Virus record (IMG/VR): IMGVR_UViG_3300023184_009677 | Location: 1,752-65,751 of that record | Reading direction: 5' to 3' (one strand) | Length of the DNA stretch: 64,000 nucleotides | DNA from: a virus | Lineage: Duplodnaviria > Caudoviricetes | In this document: positions 60,087-64,000 of the stretch, one piece after another | How the letters are laid out: each line of letters starts with the position of its first letter | Numbering within the stretch: the stretch's first letter is position 1 | Program-made: the position numbers and the translations under genes | Notes under the pieces: generated by a model | What the model was told of the DNA's origin: nothing | Database searches by the model: none | The model's input: only the letters and a program-made list of their open reading frames with translations

Positions 60087-62213
60087 ATGAAAAAAAAGAA
60101 TAAAAAGATAGATAATTTGCAAATGACCGGATCTCACGGGGGCGAATCATCTATTGAAACAAAGAAAACGACTAAAAAGAATAAAAGCTCTGCATCTTTA
60201 CCAGAAATGGTTTCTGAGGCTTCCTCTTCGCCATCTGGGGGTACAAGAAGAGACGTGGCAGGTAGCATAGAAAGAACAGATAGATTTGTTAACATTGAGA
60301 ATGGTCTTGTTCCATTTCGTAATTCAAATGCCATTTATGGTCCTGCAAGTTCAACCGTTGATATTCGTGATGCAGTTATTCTTTGCCAAAAATGCTATTG
60401 GAACTATGCCCTTTTTCGTAACATCATTGACTTGATGACAGAATTTTCGGTGGATGACATTTATTACAAGGGTGGAAGCAAGCAATCCCGTTCTTTTTTT
60501 GAAGCACTATTTTCAAAAATTAACATTTGGGACTTGCAAGACAAATTTTTTAGAGAATATTACCGCAGTGGAAATGTTTTCATTTATCGCTTTGATGCAG
60601 ATGTAGAAGTAAAGGATATTAAAAAGCTAGTTCAGAGTGTTGCTGCAAGAAAAGACTTTGGTAATCCAGTAATGGAACAAAACAAAGAACTCTTAACTGA
60701 TAAGACTAAAACAAAGGGTGATCCAGCTTTAGACAATGGAGATCAAATGGGTTATCCTACTGGTTATCCAAAAGGTCAAAGTGGTAATAATAATCCTTTG
60801 CTTGAAGATGTCCCAATGAAGTTAGAGGTGGAACCAATGAAGATGCCAGCAAGATATATTATCTTAAATCCTGCTGATATTAACATGTTGGGCACTGCTA
60901 ATTTCTCCTATGGTATTTATTATAAAGTTTTGACCGAGTATGAAGTTTCAAGACTTCGCAATCTTCAAACAGAAGAAGATATTGAAGTATTTAATAGTTT
61001 ACCTAAGTTCACCCAAGACCAAATTAAAGCCGGTGTTCGCAGTGTTTATATCCCTCTTGACACCAAAAAGGTTAAAATTGTATTTTATAAAAAGCAAGAC
61101 TATGAACCATTTGCTGTGCCAATGGGTTATCCAGTATTAGAAGATATTAATGCAAAAATTGAAATGCGCCGCATTGATATGGCTATCACCAGAACAATGC
61201 AACAAATTGTTCTTTTGGTTACGGCAGGAACAGAGCCTGACAAGGGCGGCATAAATCAAAAAAACTTAGAAGCTTTAAAGAGTATCTTTGCCAATCAATC
61301 TGTTGGAAGAGTATTGGTTGCGGATTACACAACAAAGGCAGAGTTTATTGTTCCAAAAATTTCTGAATTACTTGATCCAAAAAAATACGAGATCATTGAT
61401 AAAGATATTAACATCGGTTTAAACAACGTATTTATGGGCGGAGAAAAGTTTGCGAACCAACAAAATAAAATGGATATATTTGTTAAGCGTTTGGAGCAAG
61501 CGAAGATGGCATTCTTGAATCACTTTTTGATTCCAGAGATAAAGAGAATTTCTAAATCTCTTGGTTTTAAAAATTGCCCCACGCCATATTATGATGATCA
61601 AAATTTTATTGATGATGTATCCTATACCAAGATTTATTCTCATTTGATTGACATTGGCGTTCTTACTCCTGAACAAGGAATTGAAGCAATTCAAACCAAT
61701 CGTTTACCAGAAGCGGATGCAGACGAAATGGAAGAAAGACAAAGGAGTTATAAAAGATTAAGGGATCAGGGATTGTATACGCCACTTATTGGTGGACAAA
61801 AACAACAGGATGCTGGTCGCCCACAGGGGTCAACTGGTATTCCGCAATCAACTAAAAAGATTTCTCCCATCGGTTCAAAAGCCAGCGAAGAGAAGCCAAA
61901 AACAAGTTTTAGTTTAATGAAGCTTAAGGAAAATATGATTCTTTCCCAAGGTATTGAAAAAGAAATTTCTAGCTTCCTAAAGAAAAAATATAAAATTAAA
62001 AAACTTTCGGAAACCCAAGCTTCTGTTGTTAATGATATTCTCAATGTTATTGTGGCTAATGAAGAGCCCGAAAATTGGGAAAAAACTATGCAAGAATATT
62101 GCGAAAATCCCATTGATAAAAATCAATCAAGAGTAAATAAAGTTCTTGCCGTTGGAGCAGAACATCAGGTTGATACTTATATGGCTGGATTGCTTTATTC
62201 TAGCAGAATATAG
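60087..62213 (+). CDS. portal protein
   Basis: FRNIIDLMTEF, FREYYRSGNVF..R, LNP, KKQDYEP.A.P; position after TerL. Confidence 0.75.
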   Translation: MKKKNKKIDNLQMTGSHGGESSIETKKTTKKNKSSASLPEMVSEASSSPSGGTRRDVAGSIERTDRFVNIENGLVPFRNSNAIYGPASSTVDIRDAVILCQKCYWNYALFRNIIDLMTEFSVDDIYYKGGSKQSRSFFEALFSKINIWDLQDKFFREYYRSGNVFIYRFDADVEVKDIKKLVQSVAARKDFGNPVMEQNKELLTDKTKTKGDPALDNGDQMGYPTGYPKGQSGNNNPLLEDVPMKLEVEPMKMPARYIILNPADINMLGTANFSYGIYYKVLTEYEVSRLRNLQTEEDIEVFNSLPKFTQDQIKAGVRSVYIPLDTKKVKIVFYKKQDYEPFAVPMGYPVLEDINAKIEMRRIDMAITRTMQQIVLLVTAGTEPDKGGINQKNLEALKSIFANQSVGRVLVADYTTKAEFIVPKISELLDPKKYEIIDKDINIGLNNVFMGGEKFANQQNKMDIFVKRLEQAKMAFLNHFLIPEIKRISKSLGFKNCPTPYYDDQNFIDDVSYTKIYSHLIDIGVLTPEQGIEAIQTNRLPEADADEMEERQRSYKRLRDQGLYTPLIGGQKQQDAGRPQGSTGIPQSTKKISPIGSKASEEKPKTSFSLMKLKENMILSQGIEKEISSFLKKKYKIKKLSETQASVVNDILNVIVANEEPENWEKTMQEYCENPIDKNQSRVNKVLAVGAEHQVDTYMAGLLYSSRI

Positions 62214-62216
62214 AAA

Positions 62217-62966
62217 ATGTCCTTTGGAACTTTTGGTTTATTTAACTTTTTCCAACAACCAAACACTGGAAAAACTCCGCAACCAACTAGTTTAACAAAC
62301 GAAGATATTGCAGCAATTGTTGCTGGTACAAATCATGGTGGGGCAGTGGCCGATTTTAATTGGCCATTTCCCTATGTACTCACTAATACTCCCGCAATTA
62401 TCATATCTAATCAAGCTAATCCTCGTATTCCATTATACTCTGATAGCTATCTTGGTTTAAGATATGCAAAAATTACCACTGATTTTTCTGGATCTTTTTA
62501 TAAAGATTATGAATATGCAAATATTTCTTCTGATTTTCGTGGAATTTTTTGGCCAAATGGTGATGGCGCGCACATAGCTCAAATTAATTTTTCTGGTTAT
62601 GTGACGGGTTCTCCATTTGATAATTCCCAAAACTATATAGTTATTTCTGGAGATATAACTTCGTCAGCGCCAGATTCCACCAATCAATACTTTGTATTTT
62701 CCGGAGACTTTGCTAGTGGTAATCCAGATGCAAGTTTATTAAATACGATTGTATCGGGATCTTTTTCCGGTATTCAATTTGATCAATCTGACATTCGTTC
62801 TTCATTAAGTGGTTCTTTTTACCCAGTTAATCAAGATAAAACTAATATTTTATATAATTTGTCTAGTTTTTCAGTAAAATACAATACAGAAGTATTGCAG
62901 CTCTCTGGTCAAGATGATTATAATATCTATTATGATCTTTATGGATTTACTGTTAGCCAAAGATAA
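62217..62966 (+). CDS. putative virion structural protein
   Basis: Repeated F/I-SG-x-F units. Confidence 0.55.
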   Translation: MSFGTFGLFNFFQQPNTGKTPQPTSLTNEDIAAIVAGTNHGGAVADFNWPFPYVLTNTPAIIISNQANPRIPLYSDSYLGLRYAKITTDFSGSFYKDYEYANISSDFRGIFWPNGDGAHIAQINFSGYVTGSPFDNSQNYIVISGDITSSAPDSTNQYFVFSGDFASGNPDASLLNTIVSGSFSGIQFDQSDIRSSLSGSFYPVNQDKTNILYNLSSFSVKYNTEVLQLSGQDDYNIYYDLYGFTVSQR

Positions 62967-62989
62967 TTATAATAAGTGTAATAAAAATA

Positions 62990-64000
62990 ATGAAATCAAG
63001 TTTAAATTGTGGATTAAAGGGTTCGTATAAGGTAGATTTATACAAAGGCGCTGGAAAAAACAGGGAATTTGTGGAAACTACTGAGTGGTTCGACAATGAT
63101 ATTACCAACGTCGGATTAAATTATCCATACTATTATCCATTTGCAAGCTGTTTCATGTTTTTGTCTTTGGGTTCTGGAGCAGGAGGAAACAATGGAAATA
63201 GACAAAATTCTACAGGTTTAAATTTGCCAAACAAAGGATTTCCAGTTTTTAATAATACATATACTGGGGTTCCCCCAGCAGGATATCCTACCGGAACTTA
63301 TATTCAAAGTGGTCAATATATTGGATGGCAGGGTTATGAAATTGGTGGGGTTCATAATGGGGGTAATGCAACAAGCAGTCTTGCACAGTCAACTTGCGGA
63401 ACAAAGTTTACTCCAAGCGGCATTAATTTTTATAGAGGATGGACGATTCCCACTGGAGCTCAACCAACCGAAGGGGCAGAAACTATTGCTGATCCAGCGG
63501 GATTAGTCATACAGGGATTAATGGTCTCCCCTTCAAGTGGGACAGATGCAACAGGAAAATATGCATTTAGTCTTGTTGATAGAAACATTACTATTCCAAG
63601 TGGATATACTGCAACAATTACTTATAATCTTAGTTTAAATTTTCAGGATTATGCAAATCCATATACATTTTTCTCTGGAATTTACGGAGGAACAAATGGA
63701 TATTTTAATACCGGCAACGCCTATTCTGGAATCAATAACTCAGAACTTTCATTATTATCTGGATGGAGTAAGCTTTCTGGTTTTTATCGCATGCTTTTCC
63801 CAGGAATAAACTTTGTCAATTATTGGGGAGGAGTTGAATCTTCATCAGATAGAGGAAATGAATTGGAGCCTTATATTATACAGTGTTTAAAAACTTGTTT
63901 TTATCTGTCACCAGATATTGCTCAGTTTGCCGTTAATAAATTTGGTCCAGAAAATCCAACTTATTTAACCGGAGAATCACAAGCTTATAGTTCAAATGGA
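62990..64000 (+). CDS. putative tail protein, truncated by the window end
   Basis: Open frame from ATG 62990 (MKSSLNCGLKGSYKVDL...WFDNDITNVGL); GTGTAAT upstream. Confidence 0.6.
   Translation, partial: MKSSLNCGLKGSYKVDLYKGAGKNREFVETTEWFDNDITNVGLNYPYYYPFASCFMFLSLGSGAGGNNGNRQNSTGLNLPNKGFPVFNNTYTGVPPAGYPTGTYIQSGQYIGWQGYEIGGVHNGGNATSSLAQSTCGTKFTPSGINFYRGWTIPTGAQPTEGAETIADPAGLVIQGLMVSPSSGTDATGKYAFSLVDRNITIPSGYTATITYNLSLNFQDYANPYTFFSGIYGGTNGYFNTGNAYSGINNSELSLLSGWSKLSGFYRMLFPGINFVNYWGGVESSSDRGNELEPYIIQCLKTCFYLSPDIAQFAVNKFGPENPTYLTGESQAYSSNG

Overview
This window is a 64-kb piece of a large, AT-rich, tailed dsDNA bacteriophage genome. It uses genetic code 11, and the host is possibly Verrucomicrobiota (inference). 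It has three blocks. (1) 1-35.3 kb, + strand: mostly small genes behind sigma70-type, apparently leaderless promoters. These include nucleotide and DNA metabolism genes (ThyX, dCMP deaminase, dUTPase, DNA ligase, UvsE, HhH glycosylase, RuvB-like ATPase, rIIB/rIIA, HNH) and four tRNAs. (2) About 33-47.9 kb, mainly - strand: an array of small promoter-gene-terminator units separated by about 20 copies of a GGGGTAGGGG..CCCCTACCCC palindrome. It ends in a telomere-like G-rich tract, and includes units with sigma54-like/IHF-like sites and one unit that appears to encode structured RNAs. (3) 48.4-64 kb, + strand: late and morphogenesis genes (PhoH, sigma-like protein, ERCC4 nuclease, terminase large subunit, collagen-like fibre, portal), often preceded by a GTGTAAT motif. 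The most notable observations are the palindrome-delimited cassette array, several candidate structured ncRNAs, and apparent absence of GATC from the first 38 kb although it is common in the late block. All calls come from reading motifs by eye; no searches or counts were run.
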